Shown piece by piece: positions 18,157 through 26,264 of a DNA stretch of 39,466 nt. Under the pieces are notes generated by a model. It saw nothing but the letters and a program-made list of their open reading frames with translations. It had not been told where the DNA came from and did not search any database. The stretch covers positions 1-39,466 of the forward strand of contig JAHJGQ010000100.1 of assembly GCA_018824365.1 (NCBI GenBank), read 5' to 3'. Made by a program: the position numbers and the translations under genes. This DNA comes from Nanobdellota archaeon. GTDB taxonomy: Archaea > Nanobdellota > Nanobdellia > Woesearchaeales > GW2011-AR9. Position 1 is the first letter of the stretch. Every line of letters starts with the position of its first letter.

Positions 18157-19311
18157 ATGACTGAAAAAAATTCTCATTCCAATAAAGATGAAAATTGGCT
18201 TGAAGAAAGAAAAAAACTCTTAGAATCTCTTCAGAAATTTCAGGAAGTAGCTTTCAAACAGTATCAGCATATCAATTATCTGCAACAAATCGTTGATGAA
18301 CAAAAAGCTTTATTGGAAAAATATGAACAAGGTGTTGAAGATCTTGTTGAGAACGATTTAAATCTTGAAGTAGAAGATGTAACTTTTTCTGATATTGGCG
18401 GTTTAGGTGATGTAATCCAAAAAATTCAGCATTTTCAGTATGGGATTCTCTTTCCGCAAATGTATAAATCTTTTGCTATCAAGCCGCCTAAAGGCTTGTT
18501 GATGCATGGTCCTCCAGGTTGTGGCAAAACGATGATTGCCAAAGCCATGGCTAACGAGATTGATTCATTCTTCATGGAAATACCCATGACTAAGATCATC
18601 AGCAAATATGTTGGAGAAGCAGAAAGGACTCTTGACGAATTGTTGTTACATGCACGGAACACTCACAATGAGTATGGAAAGAAAGTGATCGTTTTCGTTG
18701 ACGAAGCCGAACAGATGTTCAGGAAAAGAGGTTCATATGACCATGGTGTTAATGATAGAATAGTTAATGTCTGGTTAAGGACCATGGACGGCATGTCCGA
18801 ATCAGATGGTTTAATCTTTGTTGCCGCTACAAATCATCTTGAGATGATGGATGATGCAATAACCAGAGCAGGAAGGTTTGATTATGTTGTTGAAATTCCT
18901 AAGCCGGATAAAAAAGGCATAGAAGATATTTTAAGAAAACAAGTTGCATATACAGAAAAGAAAGCTAATCGTACTATCTATCAGATTGATGATTATGGAC
19001 GTCTGGCAGAAATGCTTTATCAGAGAAAAGTCACTGGTGCGGACATTAAAGAAGTTCTTCGTATTACTTCTGAAAGGTTGATCGCTGAATTTATTGAGAG
19101 TGACGATTCGCTTGTTGTTGGTCTTCCTGCAACTTATATTTATCAGAGCCAATTGGAAAAGACCCTTTACTCTTATGGAAAAATAAAACATGAGAAGAAA
19201 ATTGGTTTTAATGTTAAATCTGATGAGGATGATTCTGGCAATTTTGAAGATTTTGTTGATCGCAGTTATCTTGAAAGACAAAAAAGAAAAAATCATCATG
19301 GGGATGGATAG
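18157..19311 (+). CDS. Classical-clade AAA+ ATPase with a coiled-coil N-terminus
   Basis: Walker A GPPGCGKT, Walker B VFVDEAE and SRH AATNHLEMMDDAITRAGRFD. About 70 aa of heptad-rich N-terminus, with no OB domain and no HbYX tail. Confidence 0.85.
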   Translation: MTEKNSHSNKDENWLEERKKLLESLQKFQEVAFKQYQHINYLQQIVDEQKALLEKYEQGVEDLVENDLNLEVEDVTFSDIGGLGDVIQKIQHFQYGILFPQMYKSFAIKPPKGLLMHGPPGCGKTMIAKAMANEIDSFFMEIPMTKIISKYVGEAERTLDELLLHARNTHNEYGKKVIVFVDEAEQMFRKRGSYDHGVNDRIVNVWLRTMDGMSESDGLIFVAATNHLEMMDDAITRAGRFDYVVEIPKPDKKGIEDILRKQVAYTEKKANRTIYQIDDYGRLAEMLYQRKVTGADIKEVLRITSERLIAEFIESDDSLVVGLPATYIYQSQLEKTLYSYGKIKHEKKIGFNVKSDEDDSGNFEDFVDRSYLERQKRKNHHGDG

Positions 19312-19313
19312 AT

Positions 19314-19607
19314 GTGAAAAGACATTCTGATCACATTGACGATTTGATTGCACGTGTAAAAAAAGATTATCAGATCGTCATGAAAGAAGTTGACATCCAC
19401 GATCCAGAGACAAGGAGGACTATCGGTGAAGCAGACTTAATTGGAATAATTAACGGAGAATGGCATCTTTACGAAGTAAAATCTGGTGACAATTTAGAGA
19501 AAGCCAAAAAGCAGTTGTTTAAATTAAAAAGATATTTAGAAGATTATCATGATATTAAACTGTTTTATTATTCTGGGAAGTTGAAAGAAGTTAAGGAGAT
19601 ATGTTGA
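19314..19607 (+). CDS. Minimal PD-(D/E)xK nuclease (Hjc-resolvase-like size)
   Basis: 97-aa ORF with a GTG start 2 nt after the AAA gene stop. The motif is GEADLIGI...HLYEVKSG. Confidence 0.55.
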   Translation: MKRHSDHIDDLIARVKKDYQIVMKEVDIHDPETRRTIGEADLIGIINGEWHLYEVKSGDNLEKAKKQLFKLKRYLEDYHDIKLFYYSGKLKEVKEIC

Positions 19608-19614
19608 GAGTTTG
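19562..19614 (+). repeat. Left direct repeat (the current 3' end of the nuclease gene)
   Basis: About 53 nt, roughly 85 percent identical to 21235-21287. Encodes FYYSGKLKEVKEIC-stop. Confidence 0.75.
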
Positions 19615-19638
19615 GCGAAGATAAGAGTGCAGTGTATG

Positions 19639-20037
19639 TTAAAACATAGAAATAACTTGAGAATACTTTGTTCTTATTTCTTTTAATTTATCTTTTGTAA
19701 GTTTGAAATCATCATCTTTTAAATCCCAGCAAAAATCAGTAACTGGTTCTTCATCAAAATCTAAATAATTCATATCATCGCCACTAGGTCCATATAAAAA
19801 TTCATAATTATAATATGCTAAAAATTCTTGATATTTTTTGATATCTAATTTTTCATAATTATTAATAATGTAATCAATAACTTGAATTATGAATTTTATG
19901 ATTTTTTTGGCAAATTCCTTATCTTCTGGAATTATTTGATCATTATATTTTTTCCAATCATCTTGAATTTTGCTGTATTCTCTATTTATTTCATAATATT
20001 CGTTCTCAAGTTCTTTAGATAATTTAATTTTTAACAT
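19639..20037 (-). CDS. Hypothetical acidic protein
   Basis: 132-aa ORF with no recognisable motif. Confidence 0.5.
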   Translation of the reverse strand: MLKIKLSKELENEYYEINREYSKIQDDWKKYNDQIIPEDKEFAKKIIKFIIQVIDYIINNYEKLDIKKYQEFLAYYNYEFLYGPSGDDMNYLDFDEEPVTDFCWDLKDDDFKLTKDKLKEIRTKYSQVISMF

Positions 20038-20172
20038 ATCAGTTATGGAAATGTTGAATCTTAAAAATTTATCGGAGATATTATGTTTTAATGTTGTTTG
20101 TTGTTAAATATCCCTTGGGAAGACTCAAGTTTAGGGCTTTCCAAACATATAGAATCAATAGGCTTTATTTTA

Positions 20173-20598
20173 TTATGGTTCTTCTTTTAGTCTTTCAATG
20201 ATATTCTTGAACTCTAATTCGTTCCGTTCAAGATAATCTTTCTTGATTGTTAATCCTCTATAATTGATTTCATTCCTTACTTTTCTGAGTTCATCAATCT
20301 TTTGAATCTCAAAATCAAAGTATTGGATTTTTTCTTTGAGATATGCAATTAGACAAAGATGGTTAGTACAGTTATAGCCATTTTTGTAGAGATGAGCAAA
20401 GATTAACTCTTTGATAATATCATAGTAAGCTTCTACTTTGAGAGCAATGAATTTATCATCAACATCTTTATTCCAAAATTCAAGACGAAGATTCGCCATT
20501 TGAAGCATCTGGTTGGATCGTTCTTCATCAGCCTGTGTCTCAGTGATGATATTTCCATCAACACATTCTTTCCAACTCATTTCATTAGCCATTTTCAA
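20173..20598 (-). CDS. HEPN domain protein (toxin-like partner of MNT)
   Basis: 141-aa helical ORF with a C-terminal RKVRNEINYRG (an Rx4-6H-type motif with Y). Lies 8 nt downstream of the nucleotidyltransferase gene. Confidence 0.7.
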   Translation of the reverse strand: MKMANEMSWKECVDGNIITETQADEERSNQMLQMANLRLEFWNKDVDDKFIALKVEAYYDIIKELIFAHLYKNGYNCTNHLCLIAYLKEKIQYFDFEIQKIDELRKVRNEINYRGLTIKKDYLERNELEFKNIIERLKEEP

Positions 20599-20606
20599 TC
20601 TCCATT

Positions 20607-21137
20607 CTACTGAATTTTGATGAAACCGTAAAGCACAATCCCATTAATTATATTGTTTCTTAATTCTTTTGAAAGATTATTAAGATTTGGTTCAAAAAGA
20701 AGATTAATTTTTCTGTTCAGTTTCTTTTCATATTTTGCTATGTTAAATTTAGACTCTTTTGCTTCTACAAAAATATCTATATCGCTCTTCTCAGTAAAAG
20801 TGGCTTTTGCTCCACTTCCAAATAAAATAACTGAGGATGGCAAAGTTTCTTCTTGTATATGTTTGATAATCCCAGAATCAATTAATTTTAAGACTAAATA
20901 ATTCTTTTTGTAAAATTTATATTTTTGATTTTGAGTATCAGCAAAATATGTTGGATATAACGTTTCTTTTTTCTTTTTGATTAATTCTAAATTTTGGAGA
21001 TCATTTATGTATTTTAAAATAGTAGCATGACTTAGATTTAATTCTCTGGCAATTCCTCTAACAGAAAAGTCTTTTGTAGGAAATTCTATGAAGAGTTCCA
21101 GTATCCTATATGTGTTATTTTTGAATATTTCATCCAT
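20607..21137 (-). CDS. wHTH plus minimal nucleotidyltransferase (MNT) protein
   Basis: HTH RGIARELNLSHATILKYINDL and NTase motif ILFGSGAKATFTEKSDIDIFV. Confidence 0.8.
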   Translation of the reverse strand: MDEIFKNNTYRILELFIEFPTKDFSVRGIARELNLSHATILKYINDLQNLELIKKKKETLYPTYFADTQNQKYKFYKKNYLVLKLIDSGIIKHIQEETLPSSVILFGSGAKATFTEKSDIDIFVEAKESKFNIAKYEKKLNRKINLLFEPNLNNLSKELRNNIINGIVLYGFIKIQ

Positions 21138-21234
21138 TTTGCCGCTTGGTTAATTATTTGACCAGTTGGTTACAAAAATGACCGCTTCTATAAAAATGTT
21201 GTGTTTTATTTATTGAGTTTAAGGTGGCTGTGTA

Positions 21235-21287
21235 GTTTTATTATTCAGAGAAGTTGAAGGAAGTTAAGGAGATCTATTGAGGTTTTG
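21235..21287 (+). repeat. Right direct repeat
   Basis: Matches 19562-19614. The first 12 nt are identical (GTTTTATTATTC). Confidence 0.75.
21236..21280 (+). pseudogene. Orphan 3'-terminal fragment of a nuclease-gene paralogue or ancestor
   Basis: Reads FYYSEKLKEVKEIY-stop in frame, 12 of 14 residues identical to the nuclease C-terminus. The stop is at the same position, and a TAG lies immediately upstream. Confidence 0.6.
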
Positions 21288-21334
21288 TGTTATATTGTTA
21301 TAATAATGACATGGCAAGATTAAGTTCTGTTTTT

Positions 21335-21976
21335 TTACTCTCTCAATCTCGCTTTCTTATTTCCCAGAACTTCCAGAACCATATAATTGTTAAACAGATA
21401 AGGGATATAATCTTTAGCATCAGGGAAAGGGTCAGTTCTTAACTTAGAAATATTATCTTTCATCATCTTCTTGGCTTTATCAACCGCACTTTTCGCTGAA
21501 TTCCCTTTTAGCAAAGATTTTACCAGCAGATTAGAAGGCTCTAAGAACAATCTTGCTCTTTTATCCCGGTGAATGCTGGTTTGAGAATAGACGTCCATCC
21601 CTAAAGCAAAATCATCCACATAACCGATAAAAGTAGTTTCTTCATCTGCAACACTTCTCCCTAATTCTGCTGCGGAACTGCATGAAAGAGCATAAATAAC
21701 TTTTCTTTTTAACAAATTATCATTATCTCCTAATTGGATAATTGTTTCATCATTATGGCCGCAAATCATTGAAGTATTGCCGTGGCCATTAAACATGATA
21801 AATTCGAAATCATTCTTTTCAATAACGTTAACAACAACATTTCTGTTTGCATCTTCTTGATTTTTGCTTATTGTTGTAAATCCTTTTAATTCAGATTCTT
21901 TAATCAATTCCTTACTGTAATGAAAAAGGTAAGAAGTTACGTCATCATGCGACGGTCTGACAAATAAAGTTTTCAT
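21335..21976 (-). CDS. Putative caspase-fold (CHAT/gingipain-like) cysteine peptidase
   Basis: 213-aa ORF. A beta-strand then His-Gly (FIMFNGHG), followed 34 residues later by a strand and Cys (VIYALSCSS), matches His/Cys dyad spacing. Confidence 0.45.
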   Translation of the reverse strand: MKTLFVRPSHDDVTSYLFHYSKELIKESELKGFTTISKNQEDANRNVVVNVIEKNDFEFIMFNGHGNTSMICGHNDETIIQLGDNDNLLKRKVIYALSCSSAAELGRSVADEETTFIGYVDDFALGMDVYSQTSIHRDKRARLFLEPSNLLVKSLLKGNSAKSAVDKAKKMMKDNISKLRTDPFPDAKDYIPYLFNNYMVLEVLGNKKARLRE

Positions 21977-21987
21977 TGAACACCTAC

Positions 21988-22197
21988 TTATACAATCCCC
22001 TCCTTTAAAGCACGCATATATCTTAACTGGATATCAATTACTTTCTTTCCTGTAGGGGTTCCATCACGCACTTCCTTAAGCAGGTCATCCTTGCTTAAAA
22101 ATCCACCCTTAGAACCTAGAGCGATCTTTACATTCGGAGACATTGACTTGATTCTCTCCAGTACAATTTTCTGAATGATTTCTTCTTTCTTGCCCAT
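21988..22197 (-). CDS. Small hypothetical protein (69 aa)
   Basis: Lies 11 nt upstream of the peptidase gene. C-terminal DLLKEV...TGKKVI motif. Confidence 0.45.
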   Translation of the reverse strand: MGKKEEIIQKIVLERIKSMSPNVKIALGSKGGFLSKDDLLKEVRDGTPTGKKVIDIQLRYMRALKEGIV

Positions 22198-22199
22198 GG

Positions 22200-22385
22200 T
22201 TATATTATCTCCAAATCAATCATCATTTTTAATATTTTCTTTCCCCTGTCAGTTTCATTATTAATTTCCTCATAAGCCAAATCCCAATTAATCGGCTGGT
22301 CATCGATGACAACTATGGGGACTTTTCTCTCTTCTATCGGAACTCCGGAATGTACCCTGAAGAAACGCTCAGCACCTTTTAGCAT
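22200..22385 (-). CDS. Small hypothetical protein (61 aa)
   Basis: Lies 2 nt upstream of the 69-aa gene. C-terminal DLAYEEI...RGKKIL motif. Confidence 0.45.
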   Translation of the reverse strand: MLKGAERFFRVHSGVPIEERKVPIVVIDDQPINWDLAYEEINNETDRGKKILKMMIDLEII

Positions 22386-22650
22386 TACAATTAGTATACG
22401 GACAGGCTATAAAAATATTTCTATCATATAATTCAGGAGCGTGCAAGCATTTCGGGCTTACTAGCACTTTATGATGCTGTGATGATTATGAAGAATTTGG
22501 AGGTGATTGAATTTTGCTTCTTTGATTTCTTTTTGAGAAGGTTGATTTTACCCCTCTTTTTCCAAAATAATTATCCGAAATTTAAATAGAATGAATCTGA
22601 TCTTTGGCAAAAATAAAATAAATACATAGAGAATCTCAACAAAGTTTGAT

Positions 22651-23313
22651 TTATCTCAACACTCCAACCAACTCCTCAACCCCTTCAATCTTATAATCTG
22701 CTCCTCTACCTTTAAATACCTGCCCATAGGTAGCCAAACAAGTCCTCATACCTACTTTCTTAGCTCCTAAAACATCTCTCTTAGGATTGTCTCCAACGAA
22801 CAAAACCTCTTTCGGCTTAAGTTTCATCTTCCTCAAAGCTTTCCTAAATGGTTCAGAAGATGGTTTTAGTTTGCCGGTATCTTCATAACCTAAGACAATA
22901 TCAAAAAACTCAACCAGATTCATTTCTGTTAATCTAGGCCAAGCCTGTAATTTTGGAGCATCTGAAATCACTCCTAGCTTAATGCCTTTATTCCTTAATT
23001 TCATCAATGTTGATCTTACATGAGGATAAGGGGTTAGTTGCCCCAGTTTGACTTTCCTGTATGCCACAATACCGGCAGAGAGAATTTTGTATTCAACCTT
23101 GTTATTATACTTCTTCAAGAATTTTTCAAAAATTCTTTGGTCTTCAATACCATGCTCTTTATACATGGTAAACATTCTCTTGTAAGCAACTTCTTTCTTC
23201 ATGTTCAGACCAGCATCAACCATAGCAGTAACGGCTGCTTCAGTACAACGTTTCTTCATGGTCATGAAGTCAATTAATGTATTATCTAAATCAAACAATA
23301 CCCCTTTTATCAT
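22651..23313 (-). CDS. HAD-superfamily hydrolase
   Basis: Motif I LFDLDNTLID and motif III/IV VGDNPKRDVLGAKKVGM. Confidence 0.85.
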   Translation of the reverse strand: MIKGVLFDLDNTLIDFMTMKKRCTEAAVTAMVDAGLNMKKEVAYKRMFTMYKEHGIEDQRIFEKFLKKYNNKVEYKILSAGIVAYRKVKLGQLTPYPHVRSTLMKLRNKGIKLGVISDAPKLQAWPRLTEMNLVEFFDIVLGYEDTGKLKPSSEPFRKALRKMKLKPKEVLFVGDNPKRDVLGAKKVGMRTCLATYGQVFKGRGADYKIEGVEELVGVLR

Positions 23314-23416
23314 ATAGAGAAAGAAAGAGTCTTTTTATTTAAAATTTTCTCAAAGTAAAATGCGTCCCACAAGGCTTTTAAACTTCAAAAATTTGGCTTA
23401 AGAATACTAAAATTCA

Positions 23417-23941
23417 ATGGCAAATAAAAAATTAGAATTAGAACGATTAAGAGAAAGAATTATTAAAAAATATTATATCCAAAAGTGGAACGAAGTCTGG
23501 TTCTTTCCAAAAGTAGGTAAAATTGAAGGTTACTATGGAACATCTAAAGCGATGTTGGTAGGATCAAATCCAAGTCTTGGTAGCAAAGGATACAAATCAT
23601 TAATTTCTAAAAAATTAAAATGGTTTTATGACATCTTGGAAAAAGAAGGATATAGTAATGCGCATCTGACAGATGTAATTAAATTGAGGATGAATAATAA
23701 AGAATTTGAAGACTTTAAGAAGAATGAAAATGAAGTGAAAAAGCAAATAAAGATTCTTAAAGAAGAAATTGATATTATTAAACCAAAAAATATTTTAGCC
23801 ATGGGGAAGAAGGCTAAGAAAATTCTTGATGAGTATAATATCCCTTCAAGACAAATAACGCATTATTCTCGCGTTTATCGATTTAAAAAAGATAAAGAAA
23901 AGATGATAAAACAATTACGGGAATATTTATGGAAGAATTAA
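23417..23941 (+). CDS. Hypothetical protein, possibly uracil-DNA-glycosylase-superfamily-like
   Basis: 174-aa ORF. MLVGSNPSLG and C-terminal ITHYS loosely resemble UDG motifs A and B. Confidence 0.4.
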   Translation: MANKKLELERLRERIIKKYYIQKWNEVWFFPKVGKIEGYYGTSKAMLVGSNPSLGSKGYKSLISKKLKWFYDILEKEGYSNAHLTDVIKLRMNNKEFEDFKKNENEVKKQIKILKEEIDIIKPKNILAMGKKAKKILDEYNIPSRQITHYSRVYRFKKDKEKMIKQLREYLWKN

Positions 23942-24023
23942 GAGATAAAGTATATAATTGGTCTATGGAATTAGTTAAGAAAAAAGAAACCATGTTGCAA
24001 GGAATCTTTCTATTATTATCTAC

Positions 24024-24467
24024 ATGGAAAAAAGTTTTGCATATTTTAGATATCATATGAAAACATTTAAACTTAAAGATTTTGAGAGATTACTTAAGAA
24101 ATGTGATTTTGATTATTTTAAAAAGAAAAATTTTGTAGATATCGATTTGAATAATGAGGAAACAAAAAATAAGATCATTAAGATATATGAAGATCTTTCA
24201 AATTTTGAAGGTATACGGTATGTGGGGGCTACTAAAGTTATGCACTTAATATGTCCATATGTTTTTGTAATGTGGGATGTTGCAATAATAGAAGGATACA
24301 AAAAAGAGACTTTAAGAGGATACATTAATACAAGACCAGAAGGATATTATAATTTTATGCGAGAGATGCAAAAAAGATATAAAGAAAAGAAATTTAAAGA
24401 TTTAAAAAGAAATGTACTGGTTCCCCGTGCAATCGACCTCCATAATTGGGATAAGTTCTCTACTTAA
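24024..24467 (+). CDS. Hypothetical protein
   Basis: 147-aa ORF. It may extend upstream through a frameshift at an A6 run (see findings). Confidence 0.5.
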   Translation: MEKSFAYFRYHMKTFKLKDFERLLKKCDFDYFKKKNFVDIDLNNEETKNKIIKIYEDLSNFEGIRYVGATKVMHLICPYVFVMWDVAIIEGYKKETLRGYINTRPEGYYNFMREMQKRYKEKKFKDLKRNVLVPRAIDLHNWDKFST

Positions 24468-25887
24468 CTATTTTCCCCAATTCCTTCACAATCCAAACCA
24501 TCGCTTCTGTATCTAACTTACAATACTTCAACAAATCTTTTCTTACATCCTCACCATCAGCATAGATCATGCTCAGATAAGATAATGCTGCAGTATCTCC
24601 ATCAGCGATTTTTAGTTTAGAATAATCTTTTTCTGTAATAGCAGGCAATACATCTTTAATCGAAGCTGAACCGTGCTGTTCAGAATTGTAGTAATAAAAG
24701 TTTTTGAAAGGAAACCACAAATCCACTACTCTGTCAATTACTTCTGAAACCCATTTCTTATAATCGGGATAAGCATCAGCCAACTCTTTCAATCTAGAAA
24801 TTTCAAAAGATTGGTTATAGACAATGATAGAACCGGATGAACCTAAAACAGTTCTTAATTCAACCAAAAACTTTTCTCTAGGATCACTATTATCATTGGC
24901 TAAAAATTCAAAATGCTTTCCATCAATATGCAAGCTGAACTGAAAGGGAATTTGCTGGTATGGTTTTGTTCCATCAAGTATGGGAATAGCAGTTCTGAAT
25001 GTTTCAAAATCTAGGTAATAAACTGGTTTTTGAATACCTTCTAAGAATTTCTTTAACTTCTCTTTATCTACATGAACTTTTCCAGTTTTCTCACATTTAT
25101 GCTGTATGCCCTGTTTGTCGGTTAATTTGTATTCATGTGGAATATCTTTCAAAGCCAAAATACCTTCTTCAAGAAGTTTAAAACATTTCTGTCCTCCTCT
25201 ATAAAGATCAAATATTGAAGCAGAAGGTAAAAATCCCCAACAGTCATCTTCTAATGGACAATCATAAGGATCAGAACAATCTTTACTTATCTTGACATCA
25301 GGACAGGTTTCACTCTTCATCACATTAAGCAGATTATTTATCCTCTCCTCAATGCCAACAATAGCTTCATTAACTTCTTCAGTAATGTCTTCTTTAGTGA
25401 AGAATTTTTTAGGATCAATCTCTCCACTCTTGACAAACTCATTATTAACATGCATTAAAAAACATTTTCTAATATTCAATCCAGCCAAAGAGTAAACATG
25501 TTTCTGAAAACTTACATCCTGAATATTAACATCTTTGACTTTTGTACCGCTCTTAACCTCAATTATATCCCATTTACTTCCTGCTGGTACAAGTATGTCT
25601 GCCCTGGAGTAAAGATTACCAACCATAAAGGCAGCTTCAAATAAAGGCTTACCTAATTTTACAAATTCTTTAGACTTTGCAATGTTCTTTTTGAAATCCG
25701 CTTCAGGGATATCAATTCCATCTGGAAATAATCCTTTTGCAAGCTGGCCTACAATATGTCCCTGATCAAACTTGTGTTGAGTAGATAAATCAGGTTCAGG
25801 AATCCTATCTTCTTCATGTAATGATACCCAGAAGTATTTAGGACATTGTAATCCTACAAGGTACTTAGATTTAGTTAAGAGTGTCAT
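24460..25887 (-). CDS. DUF2779-type protein (Cas4-like PD-(D/E)xK nuclease fused to a DEDD-like exonuclease domain)
   Basis: N-terminal LTKSKYLVGLQCPKYFW, the nuclease motif WDIIEVKSGTK, the Cys cluster CPDVKISKDCSDPYDCPLEDDC, and YYLDFETF. Confidence 0.75.
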   Translation of the reverse strand: MTLLTKSKYLVGLQCPKYFWVSLHEEDRIPEPDLSTQHKFDQGHIVGQLAKGLFPDGIDIPEADFKKNIAKSKEFVKLGKPLFEAAFMVGNLYSRADILVPAGSKWDIIEVKSGTKVKDVNIQDVSFQKHVYSLAGLNIRKCFLMHVNNEFVKSGEIDPKKFFTKEDITEEVNEAIVGIEERINNLLNVMKSETCPDVKISKDCSDPYDCPLEDDCWGFLPSASIFDLYRGGQKCFKLLEEGILALKDIPHEYKLTDKQGIQHKCEKTGKVHVDKEKLKKFLEGIQKPVYYLDFETFRTAIPILDGTKPYQQIPFQFSLHIDGKHFEFLANDNSDPREKFLVELRTVLGSSGSIIVYNQSFEISRLKELADAYPDYKKWVSEVIDRVVDLWFPFKNFYYYNSEQHGSASIKDVLPAITEKDYSKLKIADGDTAALSYLSMIYADGEDVRKDLLKYCKLDTEAMVWIVKELGKIVK

Positions 25888-25989
25888 TTATACATTTCAA
25901 TAAAATAGATATTAAAAACATTTGGGTTAATTATATTAGCAAAATACACCAACACAAGATTTATTAACATTCCAATCAATCTAACCTGT

Positions 25990-26139
25990 ATGGAAAAGAA
26001 ACTTAAGAAAAATATCACCATCACCAAGAAAGAGCATGACGAGTGGCATAAAAAGCATCCTAAGTGTGGCAATAAGATGGATAAAGAGCATGAACTATGC
26101 CATAAGAAGATAGGTCTTACAGTAAAGAAAAAGGAATAA
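25990..26139 (+). CDS. Possible 49-aa His/Cys-rich basic protein
   Basis: MEKKLKKNITITKKEHDEWHKKHPKCGNKMDKEHELCHKKIGLTVKKKE. More protein-like than the antisense 89-aa track ORF. Confidence 0.3.
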   Translation: MEKKLKKNITITKKEHDEWHKKHPKCGNKMDKEHELCHKKIGLTVKKKE

Positions 26140-26264
26140 TCACAACGTATCACTCATCTCGCTTAAAATTTTTTCTCTAAACGCTCAAGTTGTAACAGAA
26201 TTCTCATACTATCGAGCAATAAAGGGCAAGAATTATAAAATAATGTAAATAAATAACAGATATA

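Larger units (their letters stand above)
19615..21234. mobile_element. Putative inserted cassette (132-aa ORF plus the HEPN/MNT pair)
   Basis: Bounded by the two direct repeats. All three genes are on the strand opposite to the flanking nuclease gene. No recombinase gene lies inside. Confidence 0.35.

Noticed and set aside
18157-19311. Identification of the AAA+ protein as the proteasome-activating nucleotidase PAN (coiled coil plus AAA).
   Set aside because: There is no OB-fold segment between the coiled coil and the ATPase domain. The C-terminus (HHGDG) lacks an HbYX motif. The tight coupling to a nuclease-fold ORF argues for a different role.
22471-22520. A possible C/D-box sRNA (ATGATGC and GTGATGA C-box-like words) in the spacer upstream of the small-protein operon.
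   Set aside because: There is no CUGA D box at a suitable distance and no terminal stem.
25884-26153. 89-aa minus-strand track ORF upstream of the DUF2779 gene.
   Set aside because: Its Cys/Ser/Phe/Leu-rich sequence looks like the antisense of the Lys/His-rich plus-strand 49-codon ORF (25990-26139). Neither is certain.
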